A stretch of DNA of 64,000 bases, from contig CM060731.1 in the NCBI GenBank assembly GCA_030704615.1, positions 37,696,001 to 37,760,000 of the forward strand, read 5' to 3'. Numbering within the stretch: position 1 is the stretch's first letter; each line of letters begins with the position of its first letter. The translations under genes were made by a program, and so were the position numbers. This document shows, one piece after another, positions 1 to 12,518 of the stretch. The notes below the pieces were generated by a model. It was not told where the DNA came from and made no database searches. It was given only the letters and a program-made list of their open reading frames with translations. The DNA is from Takakia lepidozioides (Eukaryota; Plantae; Bryophyta).

Positions 1-601
1 TTCAACTGGATTGGTAGACCCTCCTCAGACAAAATATACATTTATTATTAACACACTTTACTTCCACTTTACTTCCACAGTATCAACTAGCAAGATTTGA
101 ACACTAAACCACATGCTTATTATAAGTTGCTCTGTACCACCACACTACCCGTTGCTTTCTATAGTTTTCCCAAAAATTAATCTTTTATGATGTGTTTGCC
201 CCTGCAGACTGGCTTGCCCCTGCATGCTCAGTTGAGCATACTGCCCTCGGGTAGGGTGCACCCCACCCGTCGCAACCCCCTCTCCAACATGCAAGCCCCG
301 CCGCAACTGCACGTGCCCGCATTGAAGTCGCTAATATCAAAGAATGACCTCAAGGCCCCGGCCTGGTACTTGGTACCGTTGGAAAGCCCTCAATGAGGAG
401 GGGTGCAGCGGCTTGGTTTCATGATTTTTGGACCTGCGGTGGGAGATGTCGAATTTCAAGTACTTTGGGTCGTTGGAAATTCGCGAAAAATAGCAAAGTG
501 GGCTTTCCTGGGACAATGATTGGAGCCTCGATGGGAGAATTATCAATAATGATTGAATATATTACTACTCAATAAATTCACGGAATTTTATTTATTTATT
601 T

Positions 602-840
602 TTTGGCCTTGATATGGGAGACGTACTTGGATACATAGGAGATTGCACATGGGCTTAGATGACACTCGACACTTGGGCCTCTACATGTAGATGCACTTGG
701 ATACATGAATAGAAGATTGCACTGGGGCTAGATGGGAGATGCACTTGGATATTACATTAGTAGAAGATTGCACTTGGGCTCAGATGGGCCTCGACATAGG
801 AGACGCACTTGGATATATAGGAAATTGCACCTAGTCTTAC
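602..840. repeat. Degenerate tandem repeat (~45-60 bp units)
   Basis: Recurrent core 'gcacttggata...agattgcac' and 'ggcctcgacatag' motifs; the latter recurs near 1000. Confidence 0.6.
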
Positions 841-873
841 ATTTAAATTCTTCACACATGGGCCAACGGCACA

Positions 874-992
874 GGCTACACTAGAGGTCACTCTTGGGCC
901 TATAGGGCCCACCTCCGAAAGGGGCCAATAGCTGCAAGGCGAAGTGACTCGTAGTTACGCCGGTCCACCGACCGGAATCTTCTCTCTCTCAC
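874..992 (+). mobile_element. Short structured element homologous to the 3' UTR of the Dualen-like LINE (extreme 5' truncation or SINE-like)
   Basis: tatagggcccacctccgaaaggggccaatagctgcaaggcgaagtgactcgtagttacgc aligns to the minus strand of ~32018-32077; followed by a (TC)n tract. Confidence 0.65.
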
Positions 993-1339
993 TCTTTGGC
1001 CTCGACATAAGAGAGTCCATTTAGTTTATGTAAATACTACATATCTATTGAGAATTTGTTTTTAATATGTATACATATGTGTTTGTAGCCTGGGAGCTCA
1101 TAAAGGAAAACGTGAATTATCTTTTTGAGACAAATATATGTTGTTGAAGGTAATGTGATAGAAAATGGTTGAGCTAGGCGATATCTAAACCAAGCAAGGA
1201 TGCTCATGAATGAAGAAGAGATATAAATGGATGATAGTTGGGACCAAAAATTACCAAATGTTGGATGATGAATGGCGGTGCTAATAGCGAGGAAGCTGTC
1301 AAAGTTGGCAAAATTGAATTGATTGGCTAAACCTCATAT

Positions 1340-2552
1340 AAACAATCCCCAGTCCCCGGATATGCTCAAGCGGCTCGCTGTTGTTGTAATTGTGTGAGGT
1401 GACAGATCGACTCGGACAGCATGCGTAGCTGACCACAATTTTGCGAATTGAGCACTAGGTGTCTTTCAATTTACCCGATGCGCTCGGGTAATTCCACAAT
1501 GTCGCAAAATTGAGCACTTCAAGTTCCCAAATGCGCTCGGGCAGCTCTGTAAGCCTCTCACAACCAAATAATTCGAGCCTTTGTAATTGTGTGAGGCGAC
1601 AGATCGACTCGGGCAGCTTGCATAACTGACTGCAGAAATTCAAGTTGAGCACTAGTAGTCTCTCAAGTTCCCCAATATTCTAGGGCAGCTCCATAAGCCC
1701 CTCACAATCATTTAGGTCTAGCTCTTGTAATTGTGTGAGGTGGCAGATCGACTCGGGCAACTTCTGTAAGTGACCACACCCATTCAAGTTGAGCACTCAT
1801 AGTCTCTCAAGTCCCCTCATATTCTCGGGCAGCTCCATAAGCCCCCAACAATCACTAAGGTCCAGCTCTTATAATTGTGTGAGGTGGCAGATCGACTCGG
1901 GCAACTTGCGTAGCTAACCACACCCATTCAAGTCGAGCACTCGCAGTCTCTCAAGTTTCCCCATACGCTCGGGCAGCTTTGGAAGCCCCCAACAAAAATT
2001 TAGGTCGAGCTCTTGTAATTGTGTGAGGCGGCGGATCGACTCGGGTAGTTTGCGTAGCCCACCACAATGTCACAAATCGAGCACTCGCAGTCTCTCAAGT
2101 TCCCCGATGCGCTCGGGCAGCTCTGGAGCCCCACACAATAACTAAAGTTGAGCTCTTGTAATTGTGTGAGGCAGCAGATCGATTGCGGTAGATATTTCAA
2201 AGCAATGCACCCACATAGGCGTAGCTCCTGTAGAGATGCGAGCAATCCAATGCAGTCTGGTAGTCTGCGCAAGTCCAGACTATCATTCAAGTCAAGCACA
2301 CATAACAACGTGAGATATCCAAAGGATTTTGGCAGCTCTTTCAATTGGGTAGAACGGAGAAAGAGTACTCTCAATTGACTGGAGTGTTCCCCGAAACAAT
2401 ACTTCGGACTGCAACCGTCCAAGCTGAGCAAATGAAGGCTGGGCATTTTTGTGAACTCGCTCAGTGTAGACTTCCACCATTTGTATTTATGTCTTGTCGA
2501 GAGCTTCATTTTCGAGCCTGCCAATGAGAGGCCTTCCATACTGCTATCCACC
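1340..2552 (-). pseudogene. NLR-type (disease-resistance-like) leucine-rich-repeat exon, disrupted
   Basis: 24-aa plant LRRs (LQELNFSYCVGLQ.LP, LRRLPDCIGLLASL, LPESICRLTQLQRLEL) with ~144-bp DNA periodicity (~1581, 1725, 1869, 2013, 2156); stops and frameshifts; acceptor ttttgttttgtgcag at ~2553. Confidence 0.8.
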
Positions 2553-2765
2553 TGCACAAAACAAAATTGGTAGTAAGGTCTGGAATATGTGCTTTGTGCG
2601 AAACAAGGGAGCAGGGGGGGGGGGGACAGGGGATCGGCGGCGGGGGGATACAGGGGAGAGGATCGCGCCACGGGGGGAGGGAAACAGGGGAGCAGAGGTA
2701 GCAGAGGCACATGGGAGCGGAGAGCCCGGGGAGGGGGAGCGAAACAGGGAGCGGAGGCAGGGAGG

Positions 2766-4033
2766 GCCTTCACTTGGTTTCTTAAGTACCCCATGGCTGC
2801 TTTACAGTTTGACCCAGGGGAGTGGAGTTGGACAGATGACCACCACTCCCATTTCTTTGCGTACACAGTTAAGGTGGGTTATTCTCTGTTGAGGACTCCC
2901 ACCTCTTTCTTATCTAGGTGGTTTGAAAAGTGGAGCCACTTGAACCTGTCAGCAGCCAACTGGGACTCGGTATGGAAAGATATCTGGAAGAAACATAGGG
3001 CAGCTAAAATCTCAGTTTTCTTGTGGAAATTGGCTCATAGGATCTTATCAGTCAATGTCAAGACCTTGTTCAACAACTCCTCTTGCGGTTTATGCATGGC
3101 TCAGCCGGAGACCATTGAACACTGCCTGGCTGACTGCCCTTTTCCTGCCAGAGTTTGGAGAGCTATGATGTGTTTCTACTCTAATTGGGATACCTTCCCA
3201 TCCCCCATATCTTCTTCTTTGCTGCTCTTGAATTTCCAGCCTTCTTTTAGTCCTACTTCATGCCCAGTTTGGGCGAGTCTGAGGGCTCTAATCCTGTGGA
3301 GGCTAGGTGTTCTCAGATGTATGAGGGAAGACCCCCTAGGGGCAGGTCTATTTTGTTTAACGTATATCAAAATCTGCTTATTGAGGGGAGGAAGGCTTGG
3401 GGAACCTTGTGTGCAGCTGTTTCCAGGTCTCGGAAGAACGTGGCAGGCAGCTCATCAATGATTTTCACCAGTCCTGGGGGAAAAATGATACTCTCGGAAC
3501 CATGCTTCCCAACTTGCGATTCTACTAGAAAGTCACCACTCCAGCTCATTGGACTGTCCCCTGGTGAAGGAGACGACGCGGATTTTAATTGGAGACACAA
3601 GAAGCCTCGTGTGAGTTTAGGACCCAGTTGAGGTTTTAGCTTGTAGTGCTTGGCCCTCTTTCATCTTTTCTCCTGGCTTCCTGTTATGGAGGATACAACC
3701 TCCTTGAACTATCTGAAGTCTTCTTAATCTTCCCTGCCCGTCATCATTCTTAGGCTTGGTTTTATGTTACTTATCAGGCCTAGATTTCTGGTTCCAGTTT
3801 TCTCTTGGTGCACGGGATGAGACATCCCTGCTCCCTCCCCCCCTTCCCCCCCCTTTTTTTTTTCTGCTTGTAGCTCGAATGCTATGGTTACGTGGATGTT
3901 CCCCCTCAGTGAGCCTTCCGGCCTCCATGGTGGTTATTTTTTCCACCTTTTTGTGAACATTTATCTGATTTAATTTGATTAAAAGGGCCTCTGTCCCCCT
4001 TTTTAAAATTTAATAAAATAAAATAAAAGTAAA
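2766..4033 (+). mobile_element. 5'-truncated L1-type LINE (zf-RVT region, 3' UTR, A-rich tail)
   Basis: WKDIWK..KISVFLWKLAHRIL..CGLC..PETIEHCLADC..ARVW is the zinc-binding region of plant L1 ORF2; A-rich tail at ~4004-4033. Left boundary approximate. Confidence 0.8.
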
Positions 4034-4791
4034 ATAAAAATAAAAATAAAAAAACAATAGAAACGAGGTAAGAACTGAATTCACACGTGCAAACTCTGAC
4101 AAGATGGTACGCCGGTTTTCAGGTATGTCAAATCTCTTCCACCTTCTGGGAGTGACATGGAGGTGAAGGAGTGTAACTCCAGTTGGGGTTACACCAGGTT
4201 ACACTGTGGGAGTGGAGCTCATTGGAGCTCTCCCTTGCTAGTTCCGATTGCTGGTTCCGATCCTAAAGTAGCAACCGGAACCACCGGTTATGAAAAAACT
4301 CAAATAAACCGCCCAACACTGCTGCACACCACCCTCTGTATAAGGTTGAAGTAAAAATTTCAGACAGGGGAGAGATGTCATTGGCAATGAGAACCAAGCA
4401 TATTTCATGTACTTAGAACAAAAACAACAACTCCTGAACGTTACAAATTTGCAAACTCCAGTAGCAAAATTACAGATTGAACCCATCAATTGGAACTACA
4501 ATGGAGCCACAAGCAAAACAACTACAAAATCTCTGAAACGTGCAAGTGGCTACTGAGGAGATGAATCGGTAAGAAAGCCAAAAACTTCTCAGCCAAAAAT
4601 CTGCTGGGAACTAAATTTGTCCTCCACTAGATTGTTACAATCTCCGAACTGCAGTGTACGGTGGAAATTTATGATTGTTTCAGGAGGCAGCTCACCTTCT
4701 ATACACGGTGGGTTTTCATGGATCTGAATTGTCGGTAAGGCATGGGCTTTCCCTAGCGAGTGATTGACGCTCATATGGGTTACAGTATATA

Positions 4792-5295
4792 TCACAAAGC
4801 ATCTGCAGAGGGAGATGGGGTCTGCGGAGGCTGTGTCTGTGGACTTTCCACACCCGGCTCACGAGAAGACCCTCCCTCCCTGCCCCTACATTCTTCCGCA
4901 GCACTTGTACCCGTGGTAATTTGCTGGGCTTCGGACGAGAGTGGCGTAGGGCGGGCAAAGAAGAGTTGCTCCTGATTACCAGGCACCTGCACCAAAATCA
5001 GAGATTCGGATCGTCTAGAGTCCACTGAAGCACTTGGATTAGGATCAATGCCCGTGGAGGGCTCTCCACGACTACTTTCTGGGTGTACTGTGCGCTGACG
5101 ATTCCGGAAGTGGGAATAGAAGAGGAGAAAAATGGCTGTCGCAATGAGGAACACCATGCAAGCAACACCTGCAATCACAAAGGACATGATAGATGGCTGT
5201 TGACATCCTGCACTGAGCCCAGTTTTTGGGTTGATGCAGAGAACATGCGGGGGTGGTGCCCGTGCCGCCTCTTCTCTAAGTGGAATGAAGAGCAT
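4792..5295 (-). CDS. Single-pass membrane protein, divergent GLUTAMINE DUMPER / VIMAG-like family
   Basis: Hydrophobic segment FVIAGVACMVFLIATAIFLLFY followed by basic residues; C-terminal ILVQVPGNQEQLFFARPTP resembles the V(I/L)M(A/P)G...PTF(L/I)A.P motif; splice acceptor at ~5310 just upstream of the ATG. Confidence 0.65.
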   Translation of the reverse strand: MLFIPLREEAARAPPPHVLCINPKTGLSAGCQQPSIMSFVIAGVACMVFLIATAIFLLFYSHFRNRQRTVHPESSRGEPSTGIDPNPSASVDSRRSESLILVQVPGNQEQLFFARPTPLSSEAQQITTGTSAAEECRGREGGSSREPGVESPQTQPPQTPSPSADAL

Positions 5296-8200
5296 TCGTC
5301 GGCTTGGGCCTGCACAGAAAAATCACCGCTCAGCCATTTACTATGTGAGTTGGAGACTTGTGAAAAACATGAGTGGAAGGCATGATGAGTCCAAAGAAAT
5401 TGAGAGCTACGGAGAGAAAAGGACACTGGAAGCTCGACAGACCGTCGCTCCTACCATGATACGCTCTGTGATGCACGGTTGGACAATTTCGACGCATGAT
5501 TTGCGCCCGTTACGTTCAATTTCCAGGAACAACAAATGAGTGGCCACCGCCCACCTGAAGCCTGAGTCTCTGCCTAAATTTCTTTCACGTGGCTTCCTCA
5601 ACTTTATTGTACTGGATCCATGGAATTACGAGACTCGTCTCTGCATCTCTGATTCTGTACCTCAATTTCTTAAAACTCCAAAGAACTGTCACTCGAACTT
5701 CATAAAATTTCCAGCTTCTTGACTATAATCTCAGGTTCCATCTTCAGGAGAAATGGAGGAGGCCGACAGGGTTCACCTTAAACCGGTATTTGAACTATCA
5801 GTGCCAACGGTCAGAGGACCACCAGTTGTAGAGTTAAAATTCTTACACCTACAAATATCAGTATATGATCCACAAAAGCCCCAGCCTGCGCGGGATTCAG
5901 GACTCCAGCACTTGGGTTCCGAGCCTCTTACATGTCAGACATGAACTCTCATGAGCATAACATTCTTGTTATTGTGACTCGCATTCCTCTTATTTATGTG
6001 GTGCCTCTCATAGACTAGACTTTTATCAACCTTTTTACCCTCAAGCAAACCCAACTGATGAGTTCAAATTTCAGCAGACAGTTTCATTCCATATAAGCCA
6101 GCAAATTACTCGCGATAACTCTCTCCACCAATCACACAAAAGTAACCAGTGGCAGAGCAACAAACTGTAAAAATCTGCATTGGTTGAGAAAAAGCGCACC
6201 AGAAAGCAGCAAGGACGGTGGAAAGGGAATGAATGTGTTCTCCATCTCCAAAACCTCCCACGCAAAGAATGTTGACATTCTTTGAATGCTTCGAGTCTTC
6301 AAAGAGAACCGGGGCGTGGTGTTGCTGGGAGATGCGCCTGGCAGATGCAGCCGAATATGATTGTGTTGTGGAGGGGGACAATGGTCTACACCGTGCCTCC
6401 ATGCTTGATTTGTGTCACAAGGCCAATGTATCTACTAGACCCGCGTACTCAAATGTCCGGCCGAATGAGCTCATGGGCCAGAGTTCTCCTTCGATATACA
6501 GACTCCCGATAAACCAAGTCTGGAGTGGGAAGAAGAGACAGCAACGCCTACTGAACCTGCTTTATAAATATCCCACTGAAGCGCAGAGAGGACAGAACCA
6601 CCCCATGAGATCCACCCCACGGAGTACACTCACTAGAGCTCCTCTCTGCTCTGGAAGGACGAAAGCTGCACATGGCGATGATGGTGCAGAGCTGGGAGGT
6701 TACAGTACGTGATGCAGCCAGCACGTTACAAAGCTGCGCCTTGTCCTTCACCAGGCCTGCGAGACTGCCCCCTCCCCCCCACTCCCCTGCCCCTCACCGG
6801 GTCGACCGTCGGCCGCTGACCCGTAACGTACGACTGATAGATGAATGTTGGATGGACGGCCTAGCTTTTCTCTGACAGTATGGAAGGATGTGTCTACATA
6901 GCTCACAAGGGCGGCGGCGCCTTAACGCTTGCGTCACCTTTTTCATGTGTCAGCTCCAATTTATTTATTTTATTATTAATTTGCTTACAGATGCATCCAC
7001 CTACTACTTCATCCATCCGTTATCTGTTCATTCTCCAACTGGCGTGGCATCGACAGCGAGGGCCTGGCGACCGTCACGGTTTGCGTGACGAGAGCGTGGT
7101 GGGGCGCTGCCCCAGCACCCGCTTCTCGGATCACGCTCTCTCCGTGCTACTTCAGAGATCCGGGCACGAGTTTGTGGCTGCAGCATTGAGAGGAAGATCT
7201 GAGGTTTTGAACGTAAATCTATACCATACCGTCTGCCGATGGGATCGAATGAAACAATCCATATTCAAGTTTGGAAGTCTCTGAAATCATGGAAGTTTCG
7301 ACAGACAGTATGGAAGTTTCAGCTTCTGATGCTGAAGATCTCTATGCATAAGTTCAACTTTGCGGAAAGACATCGTAGTTTATTTTGGATTGAGGGTTTT
7401 AAAAAATCCTGGTCTTAAGTATAGTCAGTTTGAAGGATGTGAGAAGGATGTCCATTGCTAAAAAGTTGGTGCGAGGAGAAAACGTGTGGACCCACAATGT
7501 CGATATCATATCTACAGTGTTCTGCTAGCCTAAACATTGTGACTCTAGAGGTGGGTATGGAAAGGTTACCGAGGGCCCACCTACAAGCTCCCCTGGGGAG
7601 GTTCTGCGGCAGTTTCATGGCAGAGTATGGTAAGTACTTTTAGTAAGAACAGAGCCAGGCTGTGATAAACAACCCTATTGCTGATAGGGCTCTTCATATA
7701 GGGCTCTGAGAGCACACATTGTTGTCATAGTGAATGTACATGTATAACAACCTTCAATATTGTACGGTCGTGTTGTCATGACGTCTTACTGATATCTCTC
7801 CGTTGCAAAGGAGGAGTTAGTGAACTAACTAGTGTCAGGTGACGTTCAGCAAGAGGTGATCGTATGATTCATTGGCCAAAGTTGGAAGACACGGTCCAAT
7901 TTCAAATCATCTGGAGTCTGGAGTCTGGAGACTGGAGACCTTGACAAGGTATGCCAAACGGTAAAAAGATTGTACTTCGATCATCAATATAGGTACCTCC
8001 AGGTTTCCATTCCCCAGGCCTGAGAATTTATTGTAGAATAAAGCTGAAGTCATGCTCACATCAACTACAAAGGGGCTAAATAACCGACAATACGACTACA
8101 ACAGCCTGGGAAAATAACCGTGCAATACTGGGCCCTCTCTCTCATCTCTAAATGGGTGGGTCTGAATCATCTTCATGATCGAGCTGCATGCATGAGATGA

Positions 8201-8467
8201 ACGCAGCTGCAGCCACCTGGGGACAAAACTTAGCGAACCTGCACTCTAAGATTTGTGGCTCCATGCCTCCTACTTGTTTTCTTCCTCCTCGGAAGGTTCT
8301 TGGTTCTATTTAGTATATCTCGTCCTTTCCCCTGCGGGGCCCAAAAAAACAAAAAGATTTGTGGCTGCTTGCAAGTTCGCATGTGGATTATTGAGCTCAT
8401 TCCCGAGATTCGCAAAATAATGAGACATTTGATATACAGTGCTAGCTAAATTGTCCTGAACACTAAT

Positions 8468-9049
8468 CTATAGGTCCTCTGCTACCGATAAACACGACGT
8501 CGTGCGCTGGGCAAGAAACGTGGGCGTATCCTCACCCGCCATAATCACCACTGTTTTTTCAGACTTGAGGCTTTCGATCCCATTCTTTGCATTCATTCCC
8601 AACGTTTTCTCAGGATTGATAAGCTCCATCGCATTGATCGGTTGGCGAGAAGAACTGGAGGTTGCTCCGTGACTACCTGTACCAGACTCCCGTTGGCGGG
8701 AAGGCACACAGTCGTCGTGCTTGAGGAAGGAGTACACCATTATCGCCAACGCAATGATTATTAGAACTACCATAGCCACGAGGCCTGCTACTAGGAAAGG
8801 CCAAGCAGGCATTGCCTTTGAGTCGGTGGCACATTCGAGATCTGTTTGGTTCTCTGTAATCTCATCTTTGGACAAATTCGACATGATAATCAGACACTTT
8901 CCCTCGTATACCCGGGCTGGGTTATGTCTACGTACAGCCTTCAAGATCAACTGGTGCAGGCCTGCAATATCGGCAACCATGCAGGCACCAAGATTCAGAG
9001 AGAATTCATATCCAGGGTTCCTGTAGCCCACTATATTTTGTTCATGCAA
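8468..9049 (-). CDS. GDU: GLUTAMINE DUMPER-like membrane protein (start codon uncertain)
   Basis: TM WPFLVAGLVAMVVLIIIALAIMVYS plus canonical EKTVVIMAGEDTPTFLA motif; candidate acceptor at ~9061. Confidence 0.85.
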   Translation of the reverse strand: MHEQNIVGYRNPGYEFSLNLGACMVADIAGLHQLILKAVRRHNPARVYEGKCLIIMSNLSKDEITENQTDLECATDSKAMPAWPFLVAGLVAMVVLIIIALAIMVYSFLKHDDCVPSRQRESGTGSHGATSSSSRQPINAMELINPEKTLGMNAKNGIESLKSEKTVVIMAGEDTPTFLAQRTTSCLSVAEDL

Positions 9050-12032
9050 GCTTGCAGTCCCTGCTCAAGCAGTAAAAGTCTATTCCAGGAATTTGAACAA
9101 CCAACTGGTATAAAATGGACAAAAGTCAATTGATTTCTTCATCTGTGTACCTTTATCCTCCTCGATCCAATAGTTCCAACATGTACAGATACGTCCCTCC
9201 GTGAGGCCTGAGCCTGAGTCTTGTTGCTGATAGTTACCTGTACAATGCCCTCACATTCGTCTTAGAAACGACATTCACTGCAAGATGACTGGATGTCATG
9301 TTAATGGATACAGCAAGCCACTATTAGAACCAAGTTGAGGCCCGGCCCAGAGCTGTTTGAAGCCTAGCAGATCCATAACCTGATATAATTACGTGTCCAA
9401 AGCATTTCATGAGCATAGAGGACGTCGAGTCTGCAGGACTCAGAAGAGAGGGCCGCCTCACTTCAGAATCTGATTTCCCAGTTTGTCCTCTCCGAGTTAT
9501 GCCAGACCATATATATCTTCACTTGGCGCTCGTCAAGTTCTTACTCAAGATTTCCACATGTGCTAAACTCTAAACTCTATATAATCGCTCGATGCATGGA
9601 GAAAGCGGGGAAGAGAAAATAGCAAATCAGATCCGACCTGAGTATTAGAAGAGACGACCTCGCGAGAAGGGGTCATGGAGTTCACGACAGGTCCAGAATT
9701 CATACATGATCTGCAGTAAGCGAGCCAACACCCTACTGAGCAGTGAGCGCCTCACGTACAGACGATCGCCAATACATCAAAAGCACTGTAACAGCAAGCA
9801 ACCACAGCGCCCTCGCCGAGCAGATCCATGAAAAAATTCGAGCTCTAGACAAAGTGTGACGATCTCGAATGTCCGCTGCCGTTGTCAATTTTATGGGCAG
9901 TCAGCTAAAACACGTGATCAGTCCCACCTGTCGGAACTGGTCCCAACCTGAGCCGGAGGGATTCATGGTGAGCCAGCCACCACCAACCGTACACAGTTTC
10001 TAATACTACATACAGTAAGGGATGGGGGGGCCCCCTGATGGATGAGGATCTACACTCCTATCACTGACCCCGAATTGACCAGTCTACAAATACAAACCCC
10101 TTCGAGCAATTCGTTCGAGAATTGAAGGTGCCATCATTACCCATTTCGTGTGTGCAGCACTGAAAGTGATGAGCTGCTCACAGTACAAGAAAGCATGCAA
10201 TGTGTGAGGATGCAGCTCACAAGCTGCCATCCCTCCCAGTACCTCCTTCCATTCCAGTACCTCCTTCCACAAATCGAGAAGATGAATGCTTCAATCCCTC
10301 CCTACTTACACTCCACAACTTGGGTCCAACTCAGACTCGATTTCTGTAGCAAACACTGTCGAAAAAATTGAATCACAACCAACTCAAAACACTCACAAGG
10401 TCCTCCTGCTTTGCATGAATACTCCCAGGAAAACCAGTCATCCATTCTGTTTTGTCATTCATCTATGATGCACGAATATTCATCCATTTCTCATCATCCA
10501 TCCACTCTGCATAGGACTTGCATAGGACTGAAAGGGGAACATGGTTCACAGGGAGGGGACACGTTCTCTACGAGTTCCCGTGACGAGGCTGTATAAATAG
10601 TAAATAGCGGCAGCGCTGGATAAGCGTGCCACGGTAGCAGACAATTCCGCCACTTTGTCTGGCTCCCTTTCGGACCTGTCTTTTCCCCATTTTCTTGTTT
10701 CGCCATTAGTCGGGTTAGAGCAACGGGTAGCCAATAGCGAGGTTTCGCCAAGTATTAACCTAATAAGGAGGGGACGTAAATACGTAATACGTTAGGATGC
10801 CACAGGGTATATGCTACGTAGTCTCACCGTCAGGGCCAGGTGGCGATGAGCCCGGGCGAGGAATCGCCGGGTGCGCGAGGTGGGTAGCGCTCCTGGGCAG
10901 CTCCAGCTCCAGCTGCGGCCTCATCAGCAGCGGCCCAGTTTGTCAGAGCTTGGATTGTTGAGATCTGTCTCGCAAGTTTTGGCGCTGTCTTGTTCACCAG
11001 GGCTGGACAGCAGCGCAAGCCAAATACGGAGATGTCTCAACGAGAAGCTAGGATCCTTTAGCTTGCTTGGCGAGCACGATTGGCAGATGTGGGTTTTGCT
11101 TGGTCGATCTGAGCTCGGCTCGCTTGCAAGCTTGTGCACTCGTCTTCAGTGGCTGCATTCGTGATTGGGACCTTGTGAGAGAATGCGTAGAGACGATGGC
11201 AACGGACGTTGATGATCGCTAGGGAAGAGGGATTTGATAAATTCGCCAGCACGGGAGAGGGGGAAATGTAGCAGCTTAACCGAGGGCCAACTTTCACGCA
11301 CGAGTATCGATGGGATAAGAAGGTATGTGTTGCTTCTTTTCTGCAAGTGGGAGCGAGAGAGATGAAAGCGATCCGAGGGAGTGGTCTGAATGGGTCCACA
11401 ATCGGTGGCACCCATTTTCAGTCAAGCTGAGCACTGTCTCACACCTCCTCTTCCACATTTGAATGGTCACATTCTTGCAAGGGCTGTCTTTTTTGTATTT
11501 TGGAAGTACTGAACAGAGTTTGTATCTGAGCAAGTCGTCTTCTGGATATTTCGTTTCTTAGAGTTCACAGGAGATTCAAAGGTGATCCATCCGAATCTCA
11601 TATCTTCCAAACTGACCTGGTTGCTTTTGGGCACTTTCCAAGTTTGATTCACTAACATTCAATCGTTCTTGAAGAAGATTCTTCTATAAAATTTGGGTGG
11701 AATAATCTGGGAACCAAACATTTAAAAATCGGATTGAAAATTTCAGTTCTTTGGAAAGAGGGCGGCACTCTGGGGGAGAGGGAGAGGTGGGCAAAATTGT
11801 GGTCCAGATGAGGGAAGCGTATATAACAAAAAAATTCTTGTTTGAAGGGATACACATTTTCTGAAACAACACATTCTTGCTTCTAAGCATTTCGCCTGTC
11901 CACCCATGAGTGGATTGTGGTGTGTCAATTTTGGCCTGTACTCCTTACCGAGCTTGCGGTCTTTCTTCTTTGCAGATTTGGGAAGGAGACATTTGGACAA
12001 CTTTGCTAAGCCAAAGAGTAACAAAGATCACA

Positions 12033-12518
12033 ATGTCAGCAGAAATGGGGTACAATCAGTCATGCCGGTACTATAGGTCGGGAAATCGATGTGTACAGAA
12101 CAGCAGCTCCACGTCAGTATTCTACTTCATATCCAGCGTTGGTGCGCTGATTGTTATAGGATTAGTTCTTCTTCTCTTCTTTTGCTGCTTATATTACAAG
12201 ACTAGGCGGATTCGCACTCAAATCACAGGAGCGAGCATGAATCACCTTGAACCTCATATGGGTCAGACAGATGGAGGTAGACCGGACGGAGAGCATGCAG
12301 CTGGAGCACCTCCAGAATTTGCAGGTGCCGTTGCAGCCAGTGCAAATACGGAAGGTAAAGATCTCTCATATTCTTGTGTGATAATGGCTGGCGAACATCA
12401 ACCCACCTTCTTAGCTCACCCCTTGTCGGCCTCAGGAAGCAGAGATGCAATTAATTCAAACAGTGACCAGAAATTAGATAATCTAGAACAGGGGCTTAAC
12501 TCAAAGACTGGCGATTAA
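12033..12518 (+). CDS. GDU: GLUTAMINE DUMPER-like membrane protein
   Basis: TM VFYFISSVGALIVIGLVLLLFFCCLYY then KTRR; CVIMAGEHQPTFLAHP motif; acceptor ttcttctttgcag at ~11975 upstream of ATG 12033. Confidence 0.85.
   Translation: MSAEMGYNQSCRYYRSGNRCVQNSSSTSVFYFISSVGALIVIGLVLLLFFCCLYYKTRRIRTQITGASMNHLEPHMGQTDGGRPDGEHAAGAPPEFAGAVAASANTEGKDLSYSCVIMAGEHQPTFLAHPLSASGSRDAINSNSDQKLDNLEQGLNSKTGD

Noticed and set aside
860-975. HDV-like or twister ribozyme
   Set aside because: It has a GGCGAA-before-stem motif and a gccggtcc hairpin, but I could not build the HDV P1/P3/L3 or twister pseudoknot pairings; kept only as an unclassified structured RNA.
2000-2866. 288-aa ORF as a real full-length protein
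   Set aside because: The N-terminal third reads through antisense LINE and G-tract intron sequence; only the part downstream of the acceptor at ~2553 is LRR coding.
10830-10880. Hammerhead ribozyme-like hairpin (gatgagcccgggcg...cgccggg)
   Set aside because: Lacks the CTGANGA and GAAA core.
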